Shown here one piece after another: positions 55,453-63,763 of a DNA stretch of 64,000 bases. Made by a program: the position numbers and the translations under genes. Within the stretch, counting starts at the first letter, position 1; each line of letters opens with the position of its first letter. The notes below the pieces were generated by a model, which saw only the letters and a list, made by a program, of their open reading frames with translations, searched no databases and had not been told where the DNA came from. This stretch comes from an uncultured delta proteobacterium (lineage in GTDB: Bacteria > Desulfobacterota > Binatia > UBA9968): positions 101,706 through 165,705 of the forward strand of contig CAVUZH010000001.1 of the NCBI GenBank assembly GCA_963745835.1. Reading direction: 5' to 3'.

Positions 55453-56724
55453 ATGATCTTTGTATTCAGGCAGCCGCGCTGGGTAGCGGCAATATCTGCA
55501 ATATCTATCGTCGGTGCGTCTTTTCTTTTTCCGACGCTAGGCATGACCCAAAGCTCGGAATTGGAAGCTTTGAGAGACATGGTCAAAGGGATGCAACAGG
55601 ATCTCAAGAAGGCCCTGACCCGAATTGAGCAACTTGAAAAAGAGAAAGCGGTCGATTCGGCAAAGTTGGGCCAAGTCGAAAAGTCGGTTCAGGCGGTGCA
55701 AAGCGCGCCGTCGGCTTTCAATCCTGCAATTGGCTTCGTGCTGGATGCCACGGCCGAGCATCGAGCAAAGGCAGGCGGGGATTTCAATTTCCGAGCCGCC
55801 GAACTGGGGCTTTCGGCGTCGGTGGACCCCTTTGCTCGTATGTACAGCTTTTTCACCGGATCCAAAGATGGTTTTGAAGTCGAGGAGGCGGCGGCGATTA
55901 CCACATCCTTACCGTGGAATCTGACGGCCAAGGGCGGCCGTTTTTTTGCCGACTTCGGGCGCCTGTCTAAATTTCATCCGCACGAGTATGCCTTCGTAAA
56001 CACGCCGCTTTCTATCGAGAGAATGGTCGGTGGGGAGTCCAGGGCCGACGGCGTCGAGCTGAACTATTTGTTCCCTACGCCTTTCTTTCTTCGAGCCACC
56101 TTGGGCGGATACAATAAAATGGGTGCGGAAAACGAAAGATTGGACGATACCAAGTCACGTGCCTGGAGTCGCTTTACTTATCTGGGTCGGCTGCAGACCT
56201 ACTTCGACTTTACGGATAATCACAGCTTCGAACTGGGGTCGAGTCTCGCCTATACGCCATCACTTCGATTGACCGACACTTCCGGCAGCGATCGGAGCCT
56301 GGCGGGTGTCGATCTGACCTATCGTTTTCAGCCGGTTGGCAGCACTCTCTATCAGGGCCTGACGTGGGGGAGTGAAATATTTCTTAATAGCGAACGTCGA
56401 CCATTAGAGCTCGAGGACGGTGCTATTGCCGGCAAGCGTCGAGAAGCCTGGGGCGGCTACAGTTATGCTGAACTTAGGCTCAACAGAAGCTGGTCGACCG
56501 GCTTTCTTTTTGACTATGCGCCAAGCATCGACAGCCCATCGCTGAAGACGAAAGGTTACTCACCGTTTCTCACGTGGAATCTTAGCGAGTTTAATCGCCT
56601 GCGCTTCCAGTACAGCTATCTAGACGACAAAGTCCGCGAGGAAAAGGCCGATAGGGGGCATCAATTTTTCCTCCAGTGGACGACTATTATGGGAGCTCAT
56701 ACGCATGGATTCCGCGGCCGCTAG
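55453..56724 (+). CDS. Outer-membrane beta-barrel/porin-like protein with N-terminal coiled coil, metal-uptake associated
   Basis: Signal peptide, coiled coil, NPAIG, ASVDPF, EEA, FGRL..FHPH, SEFNRLRFQY and C-terminal GAHTH. Confidence 0.75.
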   Translation: MIFVFRQPRWVAAISAISIVGASFLFPTLGMTQSSELEALRDMVKGMQQDLKKALTRIEQLEKEKAVDSAKLGQVEKSVQAVQSAPSAFNPAIGFVLDATAEHRAKAGGDFNFRAAELGLSASVDPFARMYSFFTGSKDGFEVEEAAAITTSLPWNLTAKGGRFFADFGRLSKFHPHEYAFVNTPLSIERMVGGESRADGVELNYLFPTPFFLRATLGGYNKMGAENERLDDTKSRAWSRFTYLGRLQTYFDFTDNHSFELGSSLAYTPSLRLTDTSGSDRSLAGVDLTYRFQPVGSTLYQGLTWGSEIFLNSERRPLELEDGAIAGKRREAWGGYSYAELRLNRSWSTGFLFDYAPSIDSPSLKTKGYSPFLTWNLSEFNRLRFQYSYLDDKVREEKADRGHQFFLQWTTIMGAHTHGFRGR

Positions 56725-56754
56725 AATTTGGGCCTTAATGGAAGGATTTGATTT

Positions 56755-57681
56755 ATGAAGATGTTACTGAAGCAGATGAAGTGGAAAATCTTTTTACTTG
56801 CCCTGGCGCTCAGTTGGCAGCCAGCCAATTTAGTATTTGCCCAACAGATTCGTGCCGTGGCCAGTTGGCCAGCTTTAGCTGACATAGCCCGGCAAATTGG
56901 TAAAGACCTCGTCAATGTTGAGAGTTTGGCCACCGGTGTTGAGGACTCGCACGGTGTCTCCATGAAGCCGAGCTTCGTGCCGCGCATGAATCGAGCCGAC
57001 GTGCTTATTGTGATCGGATTGGACGATGAGCAATCCTGGATCCCGGGGCTTTTGGAGGTCGCCAATAATCCCAAGATTCTTCCCGGTCAGGCCGGTAATA
57101 TAGATTGTTCGGTTGGAATCCCGGTGCTAGAAGCGCCGGCGCGGTTAGACCGGGCAGAAGGAGATATTCACCCGAAGGGCAATCCGCACTATCTTTCAGA
57201 CCCGGTTAGGACCAAAACGTGCGCGCGCAATATTGCCGCTGGCCTGATTCGAAATTTCCCGCAGCATCAGGCGGTATTCGAAAAGAATTTGAATGCGTAT
57301 CTGGCGGAACTCGACAACTGGATTGCCCGCTGGGAGAAAATGGCTGCGCCTTTGCGGGGCATCAAATTTGTGGAATACCATCAAGAATGGGTTTATCTTG
57401 CCGATCGGTTCGGTATGAAGCGCATCGGCAGTGTTGAATTAAGGCCCGGAGTCGAGCCGACGCCTAATCACATCGTTAACCTAGTCGAGATGATCAAACA
57501 GGAGAAGCCGCAACTGCTCATCTATGGCGCACAAAATCCGCGTATTCCGAAGCAGCTTGCAAATGAAACCGGCATCAAAGCGCTGCGTCTGTACAGCGGC
57601 GGTGGCAACCAGCCTGAAACCAATAGCTATATCAAATGGCTCGATTATACTTTGCGCACTCTGGTTCAGGCGATTAGTTAA
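56755..57681 (+). CDS. Metal ABC transporter substrate-binding protein (ZnuA/TroA cluster A-I)
   Basis: EDSH, GDIHPKGNPHY and YHQEW His ligands; GVEPTP. Confidence 0.9.
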   Translation: MKMLLKQMKWKIFLLALALSWQPANLVFAQQIRAVASWPALADIARQIGKDLVNVESLATGVEDSHGVSMKPSFVPRMNRADVLIVIGLDDEQSWIPGLLEVANNPKILPGQAGNIDCSVGIPVLEAPARLDRAEGDIHPKGNPHYLSDPVRTKTCARNIAAGLIRNFPQHQAVFEKNLNAYLAELDNWIARWEKMAAPLRGIKFVEYHQEWVYLADRFGMKRIGSVELRPGVEPTPNHIVNLVEMIKQEKPQLLIYGAQNPRIPKQLANETGIKALRLYSGGGNQPETNSYIKWLDYTLRTLVQAIS

Positions 57682-57686
57682 AGTTG

Positions 57687-58415
57687 ATGACGTCGGAACA
57701 AGATGTCGAGGCAAAAGGTCTCGGAGGGAGAGGGTCGCTCGGTGAGCCTCTTCCTCTGGTCCGGCTTCAGAATGTCAATCTTGGCTACGATTCAGTGCCA
57801 GTCCTTCAAGCCGTTAGCATGGATGTCCGTTCCGGCAGTCTCGTCGGCGTGGCAGGACCGAATGGCTCCGGTAAGACAACACTTTTTAGATCGATCCTTG
57901 GACTCTTGCCGGTTGTTAGCGGTTCGCTTTTTCGCAGCTGCCCATTGTCGAGTTTTGGTTATGTTCCGCAAAACGCCACGCTCGATCCTGAGTTTCCTTT
58001 GAGTGTCGGCGAAGTTGTGGAGATGGGAGGATATGGGCGCGTGTGGCCATATCAACCGTTCCCGGCGGTCGAGAAAAAGCGCGTGGGCGATGTCCTGGAA
58101 CTGGTCGGTTTGAAGCACCTCAAGGCGAAATCGTTTTTCGCCTGTTCCGGTGGGCAGAAACAGCGACTGCTTATTGCCAGGGCATTGATGGTCGACCCCA
58201 AAATCATGATCTTAGACGAGCCTCTATCCGGAGTCGACGAGGAGTCGCGTCGCAGCATTACCGAGCTCTTGATCAAACTGACCCGCCAAAATCGGCTGGC
58301 GATGATATTCTCAAGCCACGACCTCGAGATGGTTCAGAGAGTTGCCGATCAGATCGTACGTGTCGACCATGGAAAGATTTGGTTAGAAGAGAGAAAGGCC
58401 GGCGGCCAGCTATGA
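57687..58415 (+). CDS. Metal ABC transporter ATPase (ZnuC-like)
   Basis: GPNGSGKT, GYVPQ, SGGQKQR, LDEP and SSHD. Confidence 0.92.
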   Translation: MTSEQDVEAKGLGGRGSLGEPLPLVRLQNVNLGYDSVPVLQAVSMDVRSGSLVGVAGPNGSGKTTLFRSILGLLPVVSGSLFRSCPLSSFGYVPQNATLDPEFPLSVGEVVEMGGYGRVWPYQPFPAVEKKRVGDVLELVGLKHLKAKSFFACSGGQKQRLLIARALMVDPKIMILDEPLSGVDEESRRSITELLIKLTRQNRLAMIFSSHDLEMVQRVADQIVRVDHGKIWLEERKAGGQL

Positions 58416-59857
58416 CCATGCTCTTTGACATCTTCAGCCCGTCTTATCTGCTATTTCCTGCGCTTCTAGGAACAGTCATTATGGGTTTGGTTTGTCCGCT
58501 GATCGGCTCTTACTTGGTACTTCGCAGGACCGTATTTCTTGGCCTGACCCTGCCGCAGATCGCCGCTGCCGGAGTGTCTTTCACTTTCTGGCTGCAGCAG
58601 ACGAGCTTTTTTCCGGACTGGGGACAAAGCGAGCGCGCGATGGGAATGCTGGGGTCACTGCTGTTTACGTTCATAGGCATGGCGTTGTTGGGCTTTCTAG
58701 AACAGCGCCGTAAAGGCAACACCGAAGGTCGCTTGGCGGCGGCGTATGCGCTGGCGGGCGCGCTGACTATTCTCTTCATTGTCTTCAATCCGGCCGGACA
58801 GATCGAAGTTCTCAATCTACTAAAAGGCGAAGTCATCGCGCTGTCGAAGGGGGAACTAAGACTCTTGGCCACGGTATTCGGGGTCGTTTTCTTGGCAACG
58901 CTGGTTTTTCGCCGCGAATTTCTCCTGGTCTCTTTTGATCGCGATTTGGCTTTTCTCTTAAAAGGCAGGCAAATCATCTGGGATGTGCTGCTCTACCTCC
59001 TCGCCGGTTTGATCATCGGTTTCGGAGTGATCATGGCCGGTCCGCTGTTGATCTTCGGTTTTTTGGTGTTGCCGGCACTTGCAGCGCGGCTGCTCGTGAC
59101 TCGGATGAGTTCCTTCCTTTGGCTTTCGTCTCTATTGGGTTTGCTCATGGCGGTTTTCGGCTTTTACGGTTCCGTGCGTCTGGATCTTCCGCTGGGGCCG
59201 ACCGACGTAACTGTGGGATGTCTTGTGATCTTTCTCGCTTACGGTTTAAGCCGGGTAGCACCGAAAACTGGCGCGGCGCTGGTGATTTTAGGTATGGGCG
59301 GGGTTACGTTGATCGGTTGCGTTGCGACAAAGCCCGCGAGTCCGGTTCCCAGCGCGAAGAGCATCAGTGCCGAACCCATATGGTTGGCGAAAGTAATGAA
59401 CAGCACCGACATGGCGTTGCTGCTACCGGCTACAAATCCGCTGCGCTCTCTCGCCGAGATGAGCGGAAAAGTTTCCTCTGACAGCAGACAGAGCGTCATG
59501 GATTTGCTGCGTGAAGAGTTGCGCAACGGAATGGAGCAAAGAGGTTATTCAATTAGGCTGCCCGAGGAAACAGATGGGCGTTTTCCGCCTTTTCCTCTTG
59601 ATACCGCGGCAGCCGTTCGCTTAGCCCGTGAGGGAAAGCTCTCGGGCGTGGTCTTGGCGAGTGAGGTGCGACGTTGGGAAGCAAGTAGTAAACAGTTCGT
59701 CAGGGTGCTGGCGGATTTCAAGCTCCTGCGACTGGAAGATGGTGCTGTCCTCTGGGAGAGACGGGTTCAGAGCGCGGTTCCGACTCCTAGCGCCACCGAC
59801 CTGGGACAGGCCTACATGGATGCAGTTAAAGCTGTCGTGGGCGGGTTGTTCTCATGA
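58412..59857 (+). CDS. Metal ABC permease (ZnuB/ABC-3) fused to a C-terminal lipoprotein-like domain
   Basis: GSYLVLRR, SFDRDLA and GPLLIFGFLVLPA; then LIGC and a ~180-aa soluble domain. Confidence 0.85.
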   Translation: MTMLFDIFSPSYLLFPALLGTVIMGLVCPLIGSYLVLRRTVFLGLTLPQIAAAGVSFTFWLQQTSFFPDWGQSERAMGMLGSLLFTFIGMALLGFLEQRRKGNTEGRLAAAYALAGALTILFIVFNPAGQIEVLNLLKGEVIALSKGELRLLATVFGVVFLATLVFRREFLLVSFDRDLAFLLKGRQIIWDVLLYLLAGLIIGFGVIMAGPLLIFGFLVLPALAARLLVTRMSSFLWLSSLLGLLMAVFGFYGSVRLDLPLGPTDVTVGCLVIFLAYGLSRVAPKTGAALVILGMGGVTLIGCVATKPASPVPSAKSISAEPIWLAKVMNSTDMALLLPATNPLRSLAEMSGKVSSDSRQSVMDLLREELRNGMEQRGYSIRLPEETDGRFPPFPLDTAAAVRLAREGKLSGVVLASEVRRWEASSKQFVRVLADFKLLRLEDGAVLWERRVQSAVPTPSATDLGQAYMDAVKAVVGGLFS

Positions 59858-59977
59858 GCGACGTCTAAATATTGCAACTCTACGTCCCTCGGGGCAATTA
59901 GCATCCGTATTCATCAGGGTTGTAAGAGCTGACATCATCGTTTTTGCATCTAGACGCTTTGCCTTGACCGGGCGCTT

Positions 59978-59986
59978 TGCTATAGT
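59978..59986 (+). promoter_or_regulatory. Extended -10 promoter element, probably giving a leaderless mRNA
   Basis: TGcTATAGT 6 nt before the ATG at 59993; no SD. Confidence 0.6.
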
Positions 59987-59992
59987 CCGCGC

Positions 59993-61165
59993 ATGTCTTC
60001 GATCGTGATCAAAAATATCGGCACACTGGTTACCGGAAAACTGGAAGATCCGCTGCGCAATGCAGATTCCATTTACATCGAAGACGGCCTGGTTCGCGCC
60101 ATCGGCATTGGCTTGAAGCACAAAGCGGATCAATCCATCGATGCCAACGGGATTACCGCCATTCCGGGATTGATCGATTCGCATTCGCACCCGTCCATCG
60201 GTGAATATACCCCGGCGCAAAATTCGCTGTCGTGGATAACCAATTACATGCACGGCGGCGTGACCGCATTGATCTCCGCCGGCGAATTGCACCTTCCCGG
60301 CCTGCCGCTACCGCCGGACGCTCGCACCGCTTTGTCGGTGGCGATCGTGACCAAACGCTGCTACGACAATCTTCGTCCGTCGGGTGTCAAAGTGCACGCC
60401 GGCACATTGTTATTGGTTCCCGGGCTGACGGAAAAAGATTTCGACGAAATCCAGGCGCTGGGGATTAAGCTGGTGAAGTTCATCTTTTATGATTACAGCT
60501 TGTTGCCCAACGGCGAAGCGGAACGTTATGTGAAGTGGGCGAGATCGCGCGGTATCAAAGTGAAGATCCATTCCGGCGGTGTCTCGCGATCCGGTGTCAG
60601 CCAGGTGGCGGGATTCGATATCGTTCATAAAATCCAGCCGGACATCATCGGCCATATCACAGGCGGGCCGATTCCGATGGCGGAAGAAGATATGATCCGC
60701 ATCGCCAGGGAGACCGAGTGCTTCATGGAGATTTGCACCTCGGGAAATTATCGCCTGGCCTTGGTTCTTGCGCGTTATGTCAAAGCGAACAACTTGCATC
60801 ATCGTGTGCTCATCGGCACTGACACTCCGGGCGGCACCGGCGTTGTGCCACGCGGCATCTTGCGCGAGATCGCCTTTATCTCTTCTGTCGGTGAAATCGA
60901 GCCTGAGAAATCGATTTGCATGGCGACCGGCAACGTCGGCCGGGCACACGGTTTAAATATCGGTATTCTCGAAGAGGGGCGACCGGCTGATCTGGTCTTG
61001 TTGCACAAAATAACCGGCTCGGTAGCGAAGGACGCTCTGGAATCCTTTGCCAAGGGCGATCTTCCAGGTATCTCGACAGTGATCATCGACGGTGAAGTCC
61101 GAGTCGCCGGCCGCAGCCAGCAAACGCCGCCGCCTGAGCGGGTGGCGAGTCAATCCTGTTGTTAA
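59993..61165 (+). CDS. Amidohydrolase, enamidase-like
   Basis: IKNIG, PGLIDSHSH, HGGVT..ISAG, RPSGVKVH, HSGG, HITGGP, GTDTPGGTG and MATGN; resembles recalled Eubacterium barkeri enamidase. Confidence 0.85.
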   Translation: MSSIVIKNIGTLVTGKLEDPLRNADSIYIEDGLVRAIGIGLKHKADQSIDANGITAIPGLIDSHSHPSIGEYTPAQNSLSWITNYMHGGVTALISAGELHLPGLPLPPDARTALSVAIVTKRCYDNLRPSGVKVHAGTLLLVPGLTEKDFDEIQALGIKLVKFIFYDYSLLPNGEAERYVKWARSRGIKVKIHSGGVSRSGVSQVAGFDIVHKIQPDIIGHITGGPIPMAEEDMIRIARETECFMEICTSGNYRLALVLARYVKANNLHHRVLIGTDTPGGTGVVPRGILREIAFISSVGEIEPEKSICMATGNVGRAHGLNIGILEEGRPADLVLLHKITGSVAKDALESFAKGDLPGISTVIIDGEVRVAGRSQQTPPPERVASQSCC

Positions 61166-61234
61166 ATTTTCCAACTTAGTCGCATACAAGCGCTGATTAA
61201 TGAACCTGCCACAGTGGCTTTGGAGGAATTCGTT

Positions 61235-62215
61235 GTGAGTAATTTTGAATTTGGGGTAGGGCTTTTTCCCACCGAGCCGCTGCCGAAGATGATGCAACTC
61301 GCCATGGTGACTGAAGAGTTGGGTTACAGCCACATCTGGGTGGGTGACTCCCATCTGATCTGGCGTGAAGCCTATGTCAACATGGCGGCGATGGCGCTCA
61401 GTACCACCAGAGTCAAGCTGGGCACCGGCGTTACCAATCCGCTCACGCGCCATCCATCGGTGGTCGCCAGCGCTTATGCAACACTGGAAGAATACGCGCC
61501 GGGTCGCACTATTGTCGGCATAGGATTGGGGGATAGTTCGGTGGAGACGATGGGGATGAAGCCGGCGAAGCTCTCTTACTTCGAAAAAACTATGGCGCAG
61601 ATGCGCCAACTGTTGGACGGCCGAGAAGTTCAACTGGAGACAGGCAAGATCCACCTATTGCATCCCTGTAAAGCCAAGGTGCCGATCTACATTGCAGCTA
61701 GCGGGCCGAAGATGCTGGAACTGTCCGGCCGCATCGCCGACGGCATTATTGTTTTAGTCGGCGTGGCTGACGAATATATCGCTCATGCCAGAGAGAGGAT
61801 CGCCGCCGGCGCCAAAGCGGCGGGAAGGAAAGTCGAAGACGTCAATTTGGTTCTCTGGGTTCCTTGCGCTGTGTCAGACACCGCGCCGGCTAAGGACGCA
61901 GTCAAGGCCCATGTCGCTCGGGTTGTGGCGCATCCGCTTCCCTACGTGCTCGATCCGACCGAGCAAAAAGTACTGGAAGAAATCCGCAAGACCTACGACT
62001 ACTATCATCACATGGATCAGCAGGCGAACCATGCCGAGGTGATACCGGACTGGCTTGTAGACAAGTTCGCGATTGCCGGAAGCGTCGCCGAGTGTCGCGC
62101 CCAGATCGAACGGATTAAGAAAACCGGCATACAGCAGATTGCGATCATTCCCTACAGCCCGCCGGGCGGCAGCAGAGAAGAGAGCATTCGCGGGTTTGCC
62201 AAGGCGATGAATTAG
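61235..62215 (+). CDS. LLM-class flavin/F420-dependent oxidoreductase (Mer-like)
   Basis: WVGDSH, GTGVTNP.TRHP, GIGLGD and AASGPKML..GRIADG. Confidence 0.9.
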   Translation: MSNFEFGVGLFPTEPLPKMMQLAMVTEELGYSHIWVGDSHLIWREAYVNMAAMALSTTRVKLGTGVTNPLTRHPSVVASAYATLEEYAPGRTIVGIGLGDSSVETMGMKPAKLSYFEKTMAQMRQLLDGREVQLETGKIHLLHPCKAKVPIYIAASGPKMLELSGRIADGIIVLVGVADEYIAHARERIAAGAKAAGRKVEDVNLVLWVPCAVSDTAPAKDAVKAHVARVVAHPLPYVLDPTEQKVLEEIRKTYDYYHHMDQQANHAEVIPDWLVDKFAIAGSVAECRAQIERIKKTGIQQIAIIPYSPPGGSREESIRGFAKAMN

Positions 62216-62616
62216 CGGCGGCGTGAAAGTCGCCTCGGACGCGTGGGTGACGCGGCGGGAAGTGGACCGGCAGCGATGAGTCTTCGTCTAGCGGGTTCGA
62301 TGATCAAATTCAGTCCTTCGAGCGTGTGTGCCCCCAGAAGTTGCAGGTCGCCGGGTTCGGCAAAGACCACTTCGTCGATTGTAAAGAACTTGTCGAGACG
62401 AATGATCGCGAAGCCCACGCTACGAGTGACTTCTTGGCCGTTTGCGAGGACGAATCGTAAATCCTTTTTTTCTCGACCGATGCCGATCCGTTCCAGCATG
62501 CGCTCAGACACCCAGGTCAATTCACTTCCCGTGTCGACCAATAGCTTTGGGATGATGACGGATCTGGAGCGATCCGACGGGTTTTCGAGTTTACATCTCG
62601 CGTAAAATGTGCCCAC
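62212..62616 (-). CDS. Clan AA (retropepsin-like) aspartyl protease
   Basis: LVDTGS, LANG and LLGAHTLE motifs. Confidence 0.85.
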   Translation of the reverse strand: MGTFYARCKLENPSDRSRSVIIPKLLVDTGSELTWVSERMLERIGIGREKKDLRFVLANGQEVTRSVGFAIIRLDKFFTIDEVVFAEPGDLQLLGAHTLEGLNLIIEPARRRLIAAGPLPAASPTRPRRLSRRR

Positions 62617-62783
62617 GGTGGAACTGCCTCGTGCTTGGTACTTGATCTATGCAACGATCGTAACCGTTGACCAACTGCAGCGGAAAATCTACTGTTTACC
62701 ATCCGAAATGTAAAGCCTGCGGAGAGTTGCTGGTTGGGTCAATCGTCAAAGCGCAATGATGAGTATAGTTACTGGAGGAAACA

Positions 62784-63176
62784 ATGAAGATCGTCCACAC
62801 CATGATCCGAGTGAATCATCTCGATGAGAGCTTGAAATTCTACTGCGATGGGCTCGGCATGAAGCTCTTGAAGAAAAGAGACTATGAGTCCGGTCGCTTT
62901 ACCAACGTCTTCGTCGGCTACGGATCGGAGGAAACCGACCCGGTGATCGAGCTTACCTACAATTGGGATACGCATTCGTATGATATCGGCAACGGCTTCG
63001 GACATATCGCCCTCGGCGTGCCCGATGTTTATAAAACCTGTGAAGAGCTGCGTGCAAAAGGGGTGAAGATCGTTCGCGAGCCAGGCCCGATGAAGCATGG
63101 GAGCGGCGCGAATGCCATCGCTTTCCTCGAAGATCCGAACGGCTACAAAATCGAGCTGACAACGCGTGCGGAGTAA
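62784..63176 (+). CDS. gloA: Lactoylglutathione lyase (glyoxalase I)
   Basis: HTMIRV, IELTYNW, GFGHIALGV and FLEDPNGYKIEL; GGAGG RBS. Confidence 0.93.
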   Translation: MKIVHTMIRVNHLDESLKFYCDGLGMKLLKKRDYESGRFTNVFVGYGSEETDPVIELTYNWDTHSYDIGNGFGHIALGVPDVYKTCEELRAKGVKIVREPGPMKHGSGANAIAFLEDPNGYKIELTTRAE

Positions 63177-63212
63177 GTGAATTAGACGAGCGTGCAGGAG
63201 AGGTCGTATCGA

Positions 63213-63452
63213 TCAGGCAACGTTTTGCATCTTTGTCGCAAAGTCACGCCCAGAGGTCGGAGGCGGCAGCGGCTTGCCATCTTTTGTGTATAGTTCAATC
63301 GCTTCCTCGACGATTTGGCACAACTCGTCGAAGACTTTTTTCTCGTCATCCCCGTAGCATCCCCCTAGAATCAAGCCGGGAGCACTCCCGACGTAGCACT
63401 GATCTTCTTCGGACCATTCCACAATCTTTGCATACTTGGCACTGTCTTTCAT
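63213..63452 (-). CDS. hicB: HicB-family antitoxin (short, no DNA-binding domain evident)
   Basis: YAKIVEWSEEDQCYVGSAPGL...GKPLPPP; ATGA overlap with the hicA stop. Confidence 0.85.
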   Translation of the reverse strand: MKDSAKYAKIVEWSEEDQCYVGSAPGLILGGCYGDDEKKVFDELCQIVEEAIELYTKDGKPLPPPTSGRDFATKMQNVA

Positions 63453-63646
63453 TTCTTCGTCTCCTCGATCGCAAGCTGTACCGCCCGAACCTGGTAATAT
63501 TTTGCATCGTCGCCTGGCTTGCCAGAAATCGTTATCGGTTTTGCCAGTTTCGGGTGAACAAAGTTTCAATGACTGCCTTTGCCTCCACGATTCACAAATC
63601 CAGCCCTCTCAAGATCGCCGATGAGTTCTCTTAACTTGGGCGGCAC
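63449..63646 (-). pseudogene. hicA: HicA-family toxin with an in-frame TGA at codon 27
   Basis: MPPKLRELIGDLERAGFVNRGGKGSH*NFVHPKLAKPITISGKPGDDAKYYQVRAVQLAIEETKK; AAGGA RBS; stop at 63566-63568. Confidence 0.85.
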
Positions 63647-63682
63647 ACATATGTCCTTGCTCTGAGTCTGAATAGTAGCGTC

Positions 63683-63710
63683 AGTGTATGTTGTGGGCTT
63701 TATCTGTCAA
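63683..63710 (-). promoter_or_regulatory. Sigma70 promoter for hicAB
   Basis: Minus strand TTGACA-N16-TACACT upstream of hicA. Confidence 0.6.
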
Positions 63711-63763
63711 CCGTTGGATAGCGCGATCCGAGTGCGTGTTTCAGACCCTTCTTAAGTATCACC

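Noticed and set aside
58043-58411. Long N-terminal extension of the permease ORF
   Set aside because: It overlaps the ATPase gene in another frame; ATG 58412 overlapping the ATPase stop is the natural start
63566-63568. TGA in hicA as selenocysteine
   Set aside because: This position is not a Cys in HicA proteins and no SECIS-like hairpin is evident; a nonsense mutation is simpler
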